Positions 9,347-19,590 are shown, numbered from the stretch's first letter. The stretch is 64,000 bases of DNA from an uncultured Gemmatimonadaceae bacterium (GCA_963790305.1 CAWBOC010000013.1:64001-128000); one strand, 5' to 3'. Numbers and translations: made by a program. The notes: generated by a model from the letters alone, not told the origin.

Positions 9347-11166
9347 GGAGCGGCCTCACGACGCAGCCCATCGCCCGCGGCGAAGAACCCGGGGAGCGAG
9401 ATCGGCGCCCTCCCGACGATCGGTGCGGCTCCGACGAGCGCGCGCGCGGCCGCCCGCTCCAGAGACGCATCGATTCCGTATGTCACCATGTAGCTCCCGA
9501 CTCGAGGAAACTGCGCGATCACATAGGGGTTGCCATTCGCGATGACGACCACACGCTCACGCGTGGCCAATGTGTCGATCCAGGCAGCGACCCGCGGCGC
9601 GATGGCGAAGCGACCCGCGCCTTCGATCGTGCGGACATGCGTCGTGACAATGATGCGATCGGCGCCGCGCACGCGCGCGCTCACCGAGTCGAGCTCCTCC
9701 GCCGATGTCGACGGATCGATCCGCGCTATCATCGTCTGAGGAGCGAGCGCGCGCAATTCGCCCGCAAACGCGCGTCCGGCATTCACGTCGAGCTCGGGCG
9801 CGTACGTGACGACCGCGAACCGTCCCTCTGGCGACGCTGGAACCAGGGCTGCGCTGTCGCGTAACAACGTGATCGCGCGTGCCGCAATGTCACGCGCTGC
9901 GGTCCAGTGTGCGGGGGCGCCCACCGTGCGACGCAGCGAATCGAGCGAGACGACTGGGTGTCGTGCGGCGCGCGTGCGCACCTTCAACTCGAGAATGCGG
10001 CGCACCGACTGATCGATGCGCTCGGCGGTGATGACCCCCTGCACGACGGCCGCGGTGACGGCATCGATCGCTTTCTTCACATCGGTCGGTGACAGGAGGA
10101 TGTCCGCACCCGCTTGCACGGCCAGCACGGCGGCGCGCTCGGGCGTGTAGCCTCGTCCCACCGCCTGCATGCGGAGCGCATCGGTGACGGCGAGACCCCG
10201 GAAGCCGAGCGAGTCGCGCAGCAGAGTCGTGACGATGCGCGGCTCGAGCGTGGCCGGGCTGCTATCGATTCCCACCGCGGGCAGCGCGATGTGCGCCGTC
10301 ATCACGCCAATGACGCCAGCGTCGATCGACGCGCGAAAGGGAACGAGCTCCACCGACGCGAGACGGGCGGCGTCCGATCGCACCACGGGAAGCGCCAGGT
10401 GCGAGTCGGTGTCGGTATCCCCGTGCCCGGGAAAATGCTTTGCCGTCGCCGCGACGCCTTCGGACTGCATCCCTCGCACGAACGCGGCAGCGAGCTCGGC
10501 CACGCGCTGTGGATCCTCGCCAAATGAGCGCGTGTTGATGACGGGATTCGCCGGGTTGTTGTTGACATCGACGGTCGGCGCAAACGCCAGGTGGATGCCC
10601 ACGGCGCGCGCCTCGCGACCAATGATCCTGCCAACCTCGCGCGCGTCGTCAATGTCGCCGGTGGCGGCAATGGCCATGTTGCTGGGGAACACCGTTGCGC
10701 TGCCCGCGCTCATGAGCGTCGGCACGAACGTACCGCCCACGAGTCGCCCCAATCCCGGCTCCAGATCGGACGCGACGAGCAACGGAACGTTCGCCAGCCC
10801 CTGGAGGGAATTCACCTTGGCTGCGACTTCGATCGGGGAGCCGAGCGACATGATCACGCCGCCGATTCGATCCTCCGCGACTGCGCGACGAACTTCCGCG
10901 AACGTGCTGTCTTCGACGTGCGCGTAGTCGCCGAGCACCCAGAGCATGACCATCTGCGCAACCCGCTCGCGCGGCGAGAGGCTCGCGAGCGTGCGCTCGA
11001 CCCATGCCCGGTCCCGCGCGGGAAGCGGCGTCGTCCACGACAATGAGTGGGCGCCGACGCCGGTTGCCGGCGCCGGTGTCGCTGGCGCCGGGGGGCCGCC
11101 GCACGCTCCGAACAGAATGGTCGTCGTGGCCACGAACCACAGCCGATCTGCTGAAACCAGGTGCAT
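9343..11166 (-). CDS. nagZ: GH3 beta-N-acetylglucosaminidase, probable lipoprotein
   Basis: KHFPGHGDTDTDSH NagZ signature, RSFGEDP, VMTAH; N-terminal ILFGAC lipobox; start at MHLVSADR. Confidence 0.9.
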   Translation of the reverse strand: MHLVSADRLWFVATTTILFGACGGPPAPATPAPATGVGAHSLSWTTPLPARDRAWVERTLASLSPRERVAQMVMLWVLGDYAHVEDSTFAEVRRAVAEDRIGGVIMSLGSPIEVAAKVNSLQGLANVPLLVASDLEPGLGRLVGGTFVPTLMSAGSATVFPSNMAIAATGDIDDAREVGRIIGREARAVGIHLAFAPTVDVNNNPANPVINTRSFGEDPQRVAELAAAFVRGMQSEGVAATAKHFPGHGDTDTDSHLALPVVRSDAARLASVELVPFRASIDAGVIGVMTAHIALPAVGIDSSPATLEPRIVTTLLRDSLGFRGLAVTDALRMQAVGRGYTPERAAVLAVQAGADILLSPTDVKKAIDAVTAAVVQGVITAERIDQSVRRILELKVRTRAARHPVVSLDSLRRTVGAPAHWTAARDIAARAITLLRDSAALVPASPEGRFAVVTYAPELDVNAGRAFAGELRALAPQTMIARIDPSTSAEELDSVSARVRGADRIIVTTHVRTIEGAGRFAIAPRVAAWIDTLATRERVVVIANGNPYVIAQFPRVGSYMVTYGIDASLERAAARALVGAAPIVGRAPISLPGFFAAGDGLRREAAP

Positions 11167-11377
11167 TGCCCTTTCACCCCGCGCGCGAAACGTGTGACGG
11201 GTGCCGATGCAGGTGGGTGCGGCGGTCAATCTATGGATGCGCGGCGGATCGCGGAATGTGGCGCGAGCCTTCCAGGGGTGGGCGAGCACGGTATTTGTAT
11301 AGGGATGTACGGCTGCACCCAACGTCTGGCGTGACGGACTCCGTCGTGCGGACCCGCGAACCATCAAGGAGGCACTC

Positions 11378-11719
11378 ATGAAGGCGCTCTTCGCCGCGTT
11401 GCTTTTCGCTTCGACGCTGTCGATCACTGCCTGTGGCCAGCGACAGGTGGAGGTCTCCACCGGTGCGCAGCCGCAGAGTGATGTTGCCATTCACCTCACG
11501 AACAACACGAGCACCCAGCTCAACGTGTATGTGGTGCATGGCGGCCAGCGGATCTTCGTTGGTCAGGTCAGTGGAAACAGCACGCAGCATCTCCCCGTGG
11601 CGAACGTTCCCTCGGGCTCCGTCGTGACGCTGGAAGCATCGACGGTGAGCAGCACGCCGCGCACGTATTCGCGCGGCGACGTCTCACTGAGCGGGACGTA
11701 CGAGTGGCGGGTGCCCTGA
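11378..11719 (+). CDS. Small hypothetical lipoprotein
   Basis: Strong RBS aaggagg; MKALFAALLFASTLSITAC lipobox; beta-rich mature region. Confidence 0.8.
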   Translation: MKALFAALLFASTLSITACGQRQVEVSTGAQPQSDVAIHLTNNTSTQLNVYVVHGGQRIFVGQVSGNSTQHLPVANVPSGSVVTLEASTVSSTPRTYSRGDVSLSGTYEWRVP

Positions 11720-11755
11720 TCGCGGGTTGCTCGCCTGAGAGTGGGAAGCTAGGTT

Positions 11756-11788
11756 AACGGGCTGGAGAGCGAACCTCTCCAGCCCGTT
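11756..11788. terminator. 14-bp perfect hairpin, probable terminator
   Basis: aacgggctggagag-cgaac-ctctccagcccgtt just downstream of the lipoprotein gene; weak U-tract. Confidence 0.6.
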
Positions 11789-11903
11789 GTCCTATCGTCA
11801 CTTGTGAGGTGACGAACTCACGTCGTCGCCCTCCGCGGCGGCGAATTCTCGACCCTCCCGCGCGCCGTGCTTCCGGCGCGCCGCACCTAAGGAGATCGCG
11901 TTC

Positions 11904-13238
11904 GTGCAGGCTTCCTCTACCGCCGGCAATCGTCCCGCTCCGCGGCCCGCGACCGGCCGCCTCGGCGTGCTCACGCCCGGTCTCGGTGCGGTGGCTACAA
12001 CGTTCATCGCTGGCGTCGAGAGCATACGTCGGGGCCTCTCGAAGCCGATCGGCTCGCTCACCCAGATGGCGACGATCAGGCTTGGCAAACGGACCGACAA
12101 ACGGTCTCCGTACATCAAGGAATTCGTCCCGCTCGCGAACCTCGAGGATCTCGTGTTCGGCGCGTGGGATCCCATTCCCGATGACGCGCTCACGGCCGCG
12201 CGCAAAGCCGGTGTGCTCCAGGACAAGCATCTCGAGCCCATCGCAGATTTTCTTGCCGCCATCAAGCCAATGCCGGCGGTGTTCGATCAGAAATATGTCT
12301 CGCGTCTCTCCGGGACGAACGTCAAGAAAGGAAAATCGAAACGCGACCTTGCGGAGCAGCTGCGCCAGGACATTCGGGAGTTCAAGGCCAAGCACAAGCT
12401 GGATCGTCTCGTGATGGTGTGGTGTGCCTCGACCGAGGTGTACATCAAGGCCGGTCCGCAGCACGCCACCATTGAGCAGTTCGAGAAGGCGATGGATCGG
12501 AACGATGAAGCGATCGCTCCGTCGATGCTGTACGCGTGGGCCGCGATCATGGAGGGCGTGCCGTTCGCGAACGGCGCCCCGAACCTCACGGTCGACACGC
12601 CCGCGCTTCTTCAGCTCGCTCTGTCGCGCGGCGTCCCGGTGTCCGGAAAGGATTTCAAGACCGGTCAGACGTGGATGAAGACCGTCATCGCCCCTGGACT
12701 CAAGGCGCGCATGCTGGGGCTGGAGGGATGGTATTCGACCAACATCCTTGGCAATCGCGACGGCGAGGTGCTGGACGATCCGGCGTCGTTCAAGACGAAG
12801 GAGGAGTCGAAGCTCAGCGTGCTGCATACGATTCTGCAGCCGGAGCTCTATCCAGACCTCTACAACGGCTTCTCGCACGTCGTGCGCATCAACTACTACC
12901 CGCCGCGCGGCGACAACAAGGAAGGCTGGGACAACATCGACATCATTGGGTGGATGGGGTACCCAATGCAGATCAAGGTGAATTTCCTCTGTCGCGACTC
13001 GATTCTCGCCGCGCCAATTGTTCTCGATCTCGCCTTGTTCATGGACTTCGCCCAGCGCGCAGGGATGAAGGGAATTCAGGAATGGCTGTCGTTCTACTTC
13101 AAGAGTCCCATGGCGGCGCAGGGGCTACAGCCGGAGCATGACCTGTTCATTCAGCAGACGAAGCTCAAAAACACGCTCCGGCATCTCATGGGCGAGGACC
13201 AAATCACGCACCTCGGACTGGAGTACTACCCCTCGTGA
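11904..13238 (+). CDS. ino1: Myo-inositol-1-phosphate synthase
   Basis: GLGAVATT, WCASTE, GKDFKTGQTWMK, NILGNRDG, GDNKEGWD, RDSILAAP motifs; RBS aaggag. Confidence 0.93.
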   Translation: MQASSTAGNRPAPRPATGRLGVLTPGLGAVATTFIAGVESIRRGLSKPIGSLTQMATIRLGKRTDKRSPYIKEFVPLANLEDLVFGAWDPIPDDALTAARKAGVLQDKHLEPIADFLAAIKPMPAVFDQKYVSRLSGTNVKKGKSKRDLAEQLRQDIREFKAKHKLDRLVMVWCASTEVYIKAGPQHATIEQFEKAMDRNDEAIAPSMLYAWAAIMEGVPFANGAPNLTVDTPALLQLALSRGVPVSGKDFKTGQTWMKTVIAPGLKARMLGLEGWYSTNILGNRDGEVLDDPASFKTKEESKLSVLHTILQPELYPDLYNGFSHVVRINYYPPRGDNKEGWDNIDIIGWMGYPMQIKVNFLCRDSILAAPIVLDLALFMDFAQRAGMKGIQEWLSFYFKSPMAAQGLQPEHDLFIQQTKLKNTLRHLMGEDQITHLGLEYYPS

Positions 13239-13687
13239 GGCATCCCGTGCGGGCGATACTGGCGGCCCTCGCGCTATTCGCGACGGCATGCCGGCCGGAG
13301 CCGCAGCAATTCGCGCTGCGGCTCGATTCGGACAGCTATTCCTTCCGCGTGACGGCGGACCCGCTGCCGCCGCGCGCGCGTGAGATCACGCGATACATGG
13401 TCGTGGTCAGCGACAGAAAGACCAAGCAGCCGATCGAAGGTGGGGAAGGGCGGATCTTTGCGAGCAATGCCGGTCCCGACGATCCGGACCGCCGCACGGT
13501 CTGGGATGGTCTCGCGGCCGCCGAGCAGGTAGGGACGTATACCGCGAACATGAACTTCGTGACGGCGGGGAATTGGGCGATGGCGCTCGAGTTCCGTCGG
13601 GATTCGACGAGCCGCCTGGAGCGGATCGACTGGCGTCAGGACATTCGCCGCGAAGGGCCCGCCTTCCCCGGAGACACCGGCTCATGA
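13235..13687 (+). CDS. Lipoprotein, YtkA/FixH-like Ig fold (tentative)
   Basis: ALFATAC lipobox; GTYTANMNFVTAGNWAM pattern; GTGA overlap with ino1. Confidence 0.6.
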   Translation: MRHPVRAILAALALFATACRPEPQQFALRLDSDSYSFRVTADPLPPRAREITRYMVVVSDRKTKQPIEGGEGRIFASNAGPDDPDRRTVWDGLAAAEQVGTYTANMNFVTAGNWAMALEFRRDSTSRLERIDWRQDIRREGPAFPGDTGS

Positions 13688-13978
13688 GGCATTACCATCG
13701 CACGCACGTCACCCCCGAGCTCGGTGATGACCGCCGCGGATGAGTATTTCCCGACGCTCAATCTCGCTCGTCAGGCACCATCGCTGCGCTCGCGCGTCTA
13801 TGCTGGCGAGCTCGGCACCGTGAAGGTGTCGGTCCGGCCGGAGGGAGGTCACTACACCTTCATCGAGGCCGAGACCGATCAGGTCGGCGAGAGCCGGCTG
13901 GATCGTAACGTCAAGCGATTCTTCGTTCGCGTTCATCGTCAGGCGGAGCCATCGCACAAGCTGGCGGCCGCATACTGA
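13684..13978 (+). CDS. Hypothetical protein (frameshift near 13720)
   Basis: ATG overlapping the previous stop (MRHYHRTHVTPE) joins ORF 13724..13978; stop overlaps the E1-alpha start. Confidence 0.6.
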
Positions 13979-15138
13979 TGGCTCGTCGAAGCGGCTCCAG
14001 GGCGGAGGGACGTGGATCGCGGAGCCGCGCCACGACGGATCGCTCATCGCGACGCGGCGCGTCCGGGTCGCGCCCCTCCTCGCAGCTCGACCGCGCCCAG
14101 CAGCTCGAGCTCTACTATTGGATGCGGCTGACCCGGTCGCTCGAGGAGCGTCTCGTCAACCTGTACCGGCAGACGAAGGTCGTCGGCGGTCTGTTTCGCT
14201 CGTTAGGGCAGGAGGCCGACGCAGTCGGCAGCGCGTTCGCCCTCGAGCGCCGTGACGTGCTCTCGCCCCTCATCCGCAACCTGGGATCGATGCTCGTCAA
14301 GAGGGCCGAGCCGGTCGAGATCATCCGGCAATACATGGCGAAGGGAGACTCGCCGACCCGCGGACGCGAGCTGAACATCCACTACGGCGATCTCGAGAGG
14401 GGCTTCATTGGCCAGATCTCCCATCTGGGCGACATGGTTCCGGTGATGACGGGGGTGACGCTGTCGTTCAAGCTCCGCAACGAGCCGCGCGTCGGGCTCG
14501 TCTACGTGGGCGACGGCGCGACGTCCACGGGTGCCTTTCATGAGGGGATCAACTTCGCCGCGGTGCAGCGGTGCCCGCTCGTGGTGATCGTGGAGAACAA
14601 CGGGTACGCGTACTCGACGCCGATTTCGCGACAGACAGCCGTTACCGAATTGAAGGACAAGGCGCTTGCGTACGGGATTCCCGGTGTTCGCGCCGACGGC
14701 AACGATGTCCTCGCCGTCTACGACGTCACCAAAGAGGCCGTCGATCGCGCGCGTCGGGGCGAAGGCGTTACGCTCATCGAGCTCATGACGTATCGCCGCA
14801 AAGGGCACGCGGAGCACGACAACCAGTCGTATGTCCCGGGTGGCGAGATCGAGCGGTGGGAACGCGAGAATGATCCGGTGGATCGATATCTCCGCGTGTT
14901 GACCGAGGAGCTCGACTTCGACCATGCGGAGATTGCCGCGGTCGACGGGCGAGTGACCGAGGAGATCGATGTCGCGACCGACGCCGCGGAGTCGTCACCG
15001 ATGCCGGAGCCGACCAATGCGCTGGTCGGCATCTATGCTGATCCGGCCCGCGTCGAGCCGCTCTGGTACCGCGCGGGCATACGCAGCGCGGTCGATTCCC
15101 ACGAGCGCGCCGCCGGGTGGGGGGCGTTCAATGCCTGA
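13978..15138 (+). CDS. 2-oxoacid (pyruvate/branched-chain) dehydrogenase E1 alpha
   Basis: TPP motif GDGATSTGAFHEGINFA...ENNGYAYST; TYRRKGHAEHD. Confidence 0.93.
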   Translation: MARRSGSRAEGRGSRSRATTDRSSRRGASGSRPSSQLDRAQQLELYYWMRLTRSLEERLVNLYRQTKVVGGLFRSLGQEADAVGSAFALERRDVLSPLIRNLGSMLVKRAEPVEIIRQYMAKGDSPTRGRELNIHYGDLERGFIGQISHLGDMVPVMTGVTLSFKLRNEPRVGLVYVGDGATSTGAFHEGINFAAVQRCPLVVIVENNGYAYSTPISRQTAVTELKDKALAYGIPGVRADGNDVLAVYDVTKEAVDRARRGEGVTLIELMTYRRKGHAEHDNQSYVPGGEIERWERENDPVDRYLRVLTEELDFDHAEIAAVDGRVTEEIDVATDAAESSPMPEPTNALVGIYADPARVEPLWYRAGIRSAVDSHERAAGWGAFNA

Positions 15139-16108
15139 AGCGACATATCTGGAGGCGATCCGTCAGGCGCTCTTCGAGGAGATGGAGCGCGACGAGAACG
15201 TGTTTCTTCTCGGGGAGGACATCGGCGCATACGGTGGCGCGTTCAAGGTCACGGATGGCTTGCTCGATCGGTTCGGCGAGCACCGGGTGATCGACACGCC
15301 CATTTCCGAGGCCGGCTTCGTCGGCGCCGCTGCCGGCGCCGCGCACATGGGCATGCGGCCGGTGGTCGAGATGCAGTTCATCGACTTCATCTCGTGTGCG
15401 TACGACATGCTGACGAACTACATCGCGACCTCTCGCTACCGCGCGATGCTGCCCTGTCCGCTGGTCGTCCGCGGACCGAGTGGTGGCTACGTGCGTGGAG
15501 GCCCGTTCCACTCGCAGAATCCGGAAGCGGCCTTCCTGCATACGCCCGGTCTCAAGATCGTGTACCCGGCGACGGCGAGTGACGCCAAGGGGTTGTTGAA
15601 GGCCGCAATTCGAGACGATGATCCAGTGCTGTTCTTCGAGCACAAGTATCTCTATCGGCGAATCAAGGAGGAGTTGCCCGACGGCGATCACGTGGTGCCG
15701 ATCGGAAAAGCACGCCGGGCGCGGGAAGGCAAGGATCTGTCGATCATCACGTACGCTGCCACGGTGTGGAAAGCCCTCGAGGCCGCCGAGCAGCTCGAGA
15801 AGGAGGATGGGCTCTCGGTGGAGATCGTCGATCTTCGCTCGTTGCTCCCGATGGATGATGTGGCGATCGTGGAGACGGTGAAGAGGACGAACCGCGTGAT
15901 GATCGTGCACGAGGACACGCGCACCGGCGGTGTGGCGGGAGAAGTGGCCGCCCGCATCAATGAGCAGGCGTTCGAGTGGCTCGATGCGCCCATCCTGCGC
16001 GTCACGGCGGCGGATGTTCCGCTTCCGTACTCACCGCCGCTCGAGGATTACGTGCTGCCGCAGACCACCGATATCGTCTCGGTGGCGCGCAAGCTCGCGG
16101 CGTACTGA
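15131..16108 (+). CDS. 2-oxoacid dehydrogenase E1 beta
   Basis: MPEATYLEAIRQAL start; GEDIGAYGGAF, DTPISEAG, GGPFHSQ. Confidence 0.93.
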   Translation: MPEATYLEAIRQALFEEMERDENVFLLGEDIGAYGGAFKVTDGLLDRFGEHRVIDTPISEAGFVGAAAGAAHMGMRPVVEMQFIDFISCAYDMLTNYIATSRYRAMLPCPLVVRGPSGGYVRGGPFHSQNPEAAFLHTPGLKIVYPATASDAKGLLKAAIRDDDPVLFFEHKYLYRRIKEELPDGDHVVPIGKARRAREGKDLSIITYAATVWKALEAAEQLEKEDGLSVEIVDLRSLLPMDDVAIVETVKRTNRVMIVHEDTRTGGVAGEVAARINEQAFEWLDAPILRVTAADVPLPYSPPLEDYVLPQTTDIVSVARKLAAY

Positions 16109-16109
16109 G

Positions 16110-16373
16110 GTGGCGAGGGGCGGAACGCCGCGATACGCCATCGGTTGCCTGTTCGCGATTCCCGGTTTCTTTGCGGGGGGGATGATCGGTGCGGCGGTAG
16201 CGAAGATCGTGGGTGCAGTGCGCGGATGCACGCCTCCGCAGGGGTTTCCGGCGTGCGACATTTGGTCGTTCGTCTTCCCGCTCGGCGTGGTGGGAGGCCT
16301 GGCACTGGCAGCGGCGATCGTGCTGCGGCTCGGGCCTGATCGCGGAGCGAAGGATCCAACGGAGAGGAGCTAG
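16110..16373 (+). CDS. Small membrane protein, two TM segments
   Basis: GTG immediately after the E1-beta stop; two hydrophobic stretches around a CTPPQGFPAC loop; fills the gap before E2. Confidence 0.6.
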   Translation: MARGGTPRYAIGCLFAIPGFFAGGMIGAAVAKIVGAVRGCTPPQGFPACDIWSFVFPLGVVGGLALAAAIVLRLGPDRGAKDPTERS

Positions 16374-16375
16374 TC

Positions 16376-17744
16376 GTGGCACGAGTCGACGTGATCATGC
16401 CGCAGATGGGCGAGTCCATTGCCGAGGGCACGCTCTCCCGCTGGCTGAAGAAGGTCGGAGACGAGGTCAAGCGGGATGAGCCGATCTTCGAGATTTCCAC
16501 CGACAAGGTCGACGCCGAGATCCCGGCGCCATCGGCCGGGGTCCTGGCGGAAATCCTGGTGACGGAGGGGCAGACCGTTCCGGTGCAGACAGTGGTGGCG
16601 CGTCTCGAGACGGAGAAAGGCGCGGCCGTTGGAGCGCCGGGCGCGGCGGCACCGGCCGCGGGCGCCGGCGACGGAAACTCTCGTGCGAAAGCGCCGTCCG
16701 CCGTTGGGGGGCCCCCCCCGAAAACAGAATCTACCGCGCCGGCGGCCGCGAGCTCGCATCCTCCCGCTCGCCGCCCCAACCGCCAGAGCGGCAGCACCGA
16801 ACTCCCTCGAGGAACGACTTCGCGCGCGCAGCTCACCGCTCGTGCGGAAGATGGCGGCCGAGCACGGCATCGAGATCGCCACGCTTCAGGGCAGCGGGAT
16901 CGCTGGTCGGGTGACGAAACGTGATCTCCTCGGCTACCTCGAGACCGGGGGGCGAGGCGGGGCTGGGCAGCGCGTTGCACCCTCGATGCATGCCCCCGGT
17001 GGCGGCGATCAGCATGGGCCCGTTCCGGAACCATGGCCAGGCGATGTCGTCGAGCCCATGTCGGTCATGCGCCAGCGCATCAGCGAGCACATGGTGGTGT
17101 CGCGTCGCACGTCGGCTCACGTCACCTCGTTCATGGAGATCGACTTCACGCGCGTCGCGCGAATGCGCGCGAAGCACCGTGCGCGCTTCGAGGCCGAGAA
17201 CGGGCAGAAGCTCACCTACATGCCCTTCATCATCAAATCGGTGGTCGAGGGGCTCAAGGCGTTTCCGGTCATGAACTCGTCGGTCGCGCGCAACAGCGTG
17301 ATCTATCGCAAGCAGTTCAACATCGGCGTGGCCGTCGCGCTCGACTGGGGCTTGATCGTCCCGGTCATCAAGCAGGCCGACGAGCTGTCGCTCGTGGGAC
17401 TGACGAAAGCGCTCAACGATCTCGCGGCGCGGGCGCGGGCGAAGAAGCTCGATCCGCGCGAGGTTCAGGATGGGACGTTCACCATTACGAATCCCGGCGT
17501 TTTCGGCTCGCTGATGGGGACGCCGATCATCAGTCAGCCGCAGGTCGCGATCCTGGGCATTGGCACGATCGAGAAGCGTCCGAAGGTCGTTACAGGCGCG
17601 GATGGAGAAGACACCATCGCCATCCGGACCTGCTCGTTTTTCTCGATTTCATTCGACCACCGCATCATCGATGGTGCGGTGGCCGACCAATTCCTCGCGC
17701 ACGTGAAGCGCGGGATCGAATCATTTCCCGAACAGGGGTTCTGA
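16376..17744 (+). CDS. Dihydrolipoamide acyltransferase E2 (frameshifted near 16650-16780)
   Basis: Lipoyl domain EISTDKVDAEIP in ORF 16376; E3-binding SSPLVRKMAAEHG and catalytic FDHRIIDG in ORF ending 17744. Confidence 0.9.
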
Positions 17745-17746
17745 GC

Positions 17747-18007
17747 ATGTCGCGCGCGCTCGCCATGCAGCGTACGATCGTGCCCGCACCGGAACGCAAG
17801 AGGCATCTCGAGCGTGCGCGCATGCGCCGCACGTACTACCAGCACGCCAATTGCCGATATTGGGTGTTCGAGGAGGCTGCGCTGCCGGGGGCGTTCATTG
17901 AATTCGTCGAAGCGTCGGATCGCGACATCCTGGATGCGGCGCTCGAGAACGCTCCGGATCGCCTCCTCGATCCGGCCCGCGTCTACGAGGAAGTGGAGCT
18001 GAGCTGA
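17747..18007 (+). CDS. Hypothetical protein
   Basis: MSRALAMQRT... 86 aa, packed in the operon with typical codon usage. Confidence 0.65.
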   Translation: MSRALAMQRTIVPAPERKRHLERARMRRTYYQHANCRYWVFEEAALPGAFIEFVEASDRDILDAALENAPDRLLDPARVYEEVELS

Positions 18008-18008
18008 A

Positions 18009-18275
18009 ATGCCATCCCGAACGATCACGGTCGACGGGGCGTCGTGGGACGTATATCCGTCCGGCCGCATCACCCAGTACGATCGCGACGAGTTCGGTCT
18101 CGTCTTCGTGCGCGGCACGGGACCTGACCGCGAAGTGCGCGTCACGCGCTATTCGCCGCAGGGCGCCCGCTCCCGGGAGCAGTCGCTCGCGGAGATGTCG
18201 GAGAGCGAGCTGAGACGTCTGTTCGACTTCTCGCAGCCGAGCTTCACGTCACCCGAGGCAGGCTACGCGCCGTGA
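18009..18275 (+). CDS. Hypothetical protein
   Basis: 88-aa ORF abutting both neighbours. Confidence 0.7.
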   Translation: MPSRTITVDGASWDVYPSGRITQYDRDEFGLVFVRGTGPDREVRVTRYSPQGARSREQSLAEMSESELRRLFDFSQPSFTSPEAGYAP

Positions 18276-19144
18276 CGGCTCCGGCGGCTCCGAACGGTAG
18301 CGCGGAGCGCTTCGTCGATCTGCACATGCACTCCACGGCGTCCGACGGTATCCTCTCTCCGGCCGCCGTCGTCGCTGCCGCGCGCGCGGCCGGCTTGGCG
18401 GCCATTGCGCTCACCGACCACGATACGCTCGAGGGCGTCCCCGAGGCACGCGCTGCAGGGGAAGCGCTCGGTGTGCGAGTCGTTGCGGGTGTGGAGCTCA
18501 GCGCGCATGAGGGCGACCGCGAGCTGCACGTCCTCGGACTGCACTTGACGCGACTCGCTGCGCTGGAGGATCGGCTGATTGCGCTGCGCGCCACGCGTCG
18601 CACCCGCGCCGCACAGATCGTCGAGAAGCTCCGCGCGTTAGGCTTTCCCATCGAGCTCGACGCGGTCTGGCGCGAGGCGGGGGAGGGAGCGGTCGGGCGG
18701 CCGCACGTCGCCCGCGTGCTGATCGCGAACGGCTGGGCAAAGGACCATCGCGATGCGTTCGATCGGCTCATTGGGAGCGGGCGGCCGGCGTACGTTCCGA
18801 AGCAGCGGCTCCCGCTCCCCGAGGCGGTCCACATGCTCCGCGAGGCGGGTGGCCTCGCCATCATCGCGCATCCAGGATCGGACGGCTCGCGGTCGCGGCT
18901 CGAGATGTTCAAGCGTATGGGATTCGATGGTGTCGAGGTCCGGCACCCGAGTCACAGCGTGGAGGACATCGCGCGGTTAGGCACGCTCGCCGATTACCTC
19001 GGTCTGGTACCGAGCGGAGGCTCGGACTGGCACGGCGCGGGCGAGGGCCCGCGAACTATTGGCAACATGCGCGTTCCGCACGCCTGGCTCGAGCGGCAGG
19101 ACACGCTGGTTCGCGAACGGACTACGTCGGAGCGAGTCGCATGA
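18272..19144 (+). CDS. PHP-domain phosphoesterase (YciV/TrpH-like)
   Basis: DLHMHSTASDG, ALTDHDT, GRPHVA, AHP and GGSDWHG motifs. Confidence 0.92.
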   Translation: MTAPAAPNGSAERFVDLHMHSTASDGILSPAAVVAAARAAGLAAIALTDHDTLEGVPEARAAGEALGVRVVAGVELSAHEGDRELHVLGLHLTRLAALEDRLIALRATRRTRAAQIVEKLRALGFPIELDAVWREAGEGAVGRPHVARVLIANGWAKDHRDAFDRLIGSGRPAYVPKQRLPLPEAVHMLREAGGLAIIAHPGSDGSRSRLEMFKRMGFDGVEVRHPSHSVEDIARLGTLADYLGLVPSGGSDWHGAGEGPRTIGNMRVPHAWLERQDTLVRERTTSERVA

Positions 19145-19590
19145 GCGAATTGTCCCCGCTGGGTGTGGGTTCCAGGGCGCCCGACTTCACCGCGAAGGGG
19201 AGCGATGGAGCGACCTACCGCTTGAGCGAGCTGCTCGCTCGCGGTCATGTCGCACTGTTCTTCTATCCCGGCAACAACACACCTGGCTGAAACCGTCAAC
19301 TCTCCGCCGTGCGCGATGAGATCGAGACGTTCCGAGCGAGCAACATACAGGCGCTGGGTGTGAACCCGGCCGGCGTCGACAGCCACGCGAGCTACGCGGC
19401 CAAGCTGAGCCTTCCGTTTCCGTTGCTCAGCGATCCGGACCGCGCGCTCGCGGGCGCGTATCACACGCTCAAGCCAGACGGACGCGGCATCCATCGCACC
19501 GTGTATGGCATTCGTGCCGACGGAACGATCGCGTTCGCTGCGCGCGGTGCACCGCTTCCCAATGACATTGTCGCGGCCTTTGAGGGCTAG
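19141..19590 (+). CDS. Peroxiredoxin BCP/PrxQ family, probable selenoprotein (UGA at the peroxidatic Cys)
   Basis: ATG 19141, in-frame TGA at 19288-19290 within FFYPGNNTPG*, homology continues (LPFPLLSDPD, RTVYGI) to TAG 19590. Confidence 0.85.

Noticed and set aside
19288..19290. TGA in the peroxiredoxin as a nonsense mutation
   Set aside because: It falls exactly on the catalytic Cys codon with both halves intact, which fits selenocysteine better; a base-call error remains possible.
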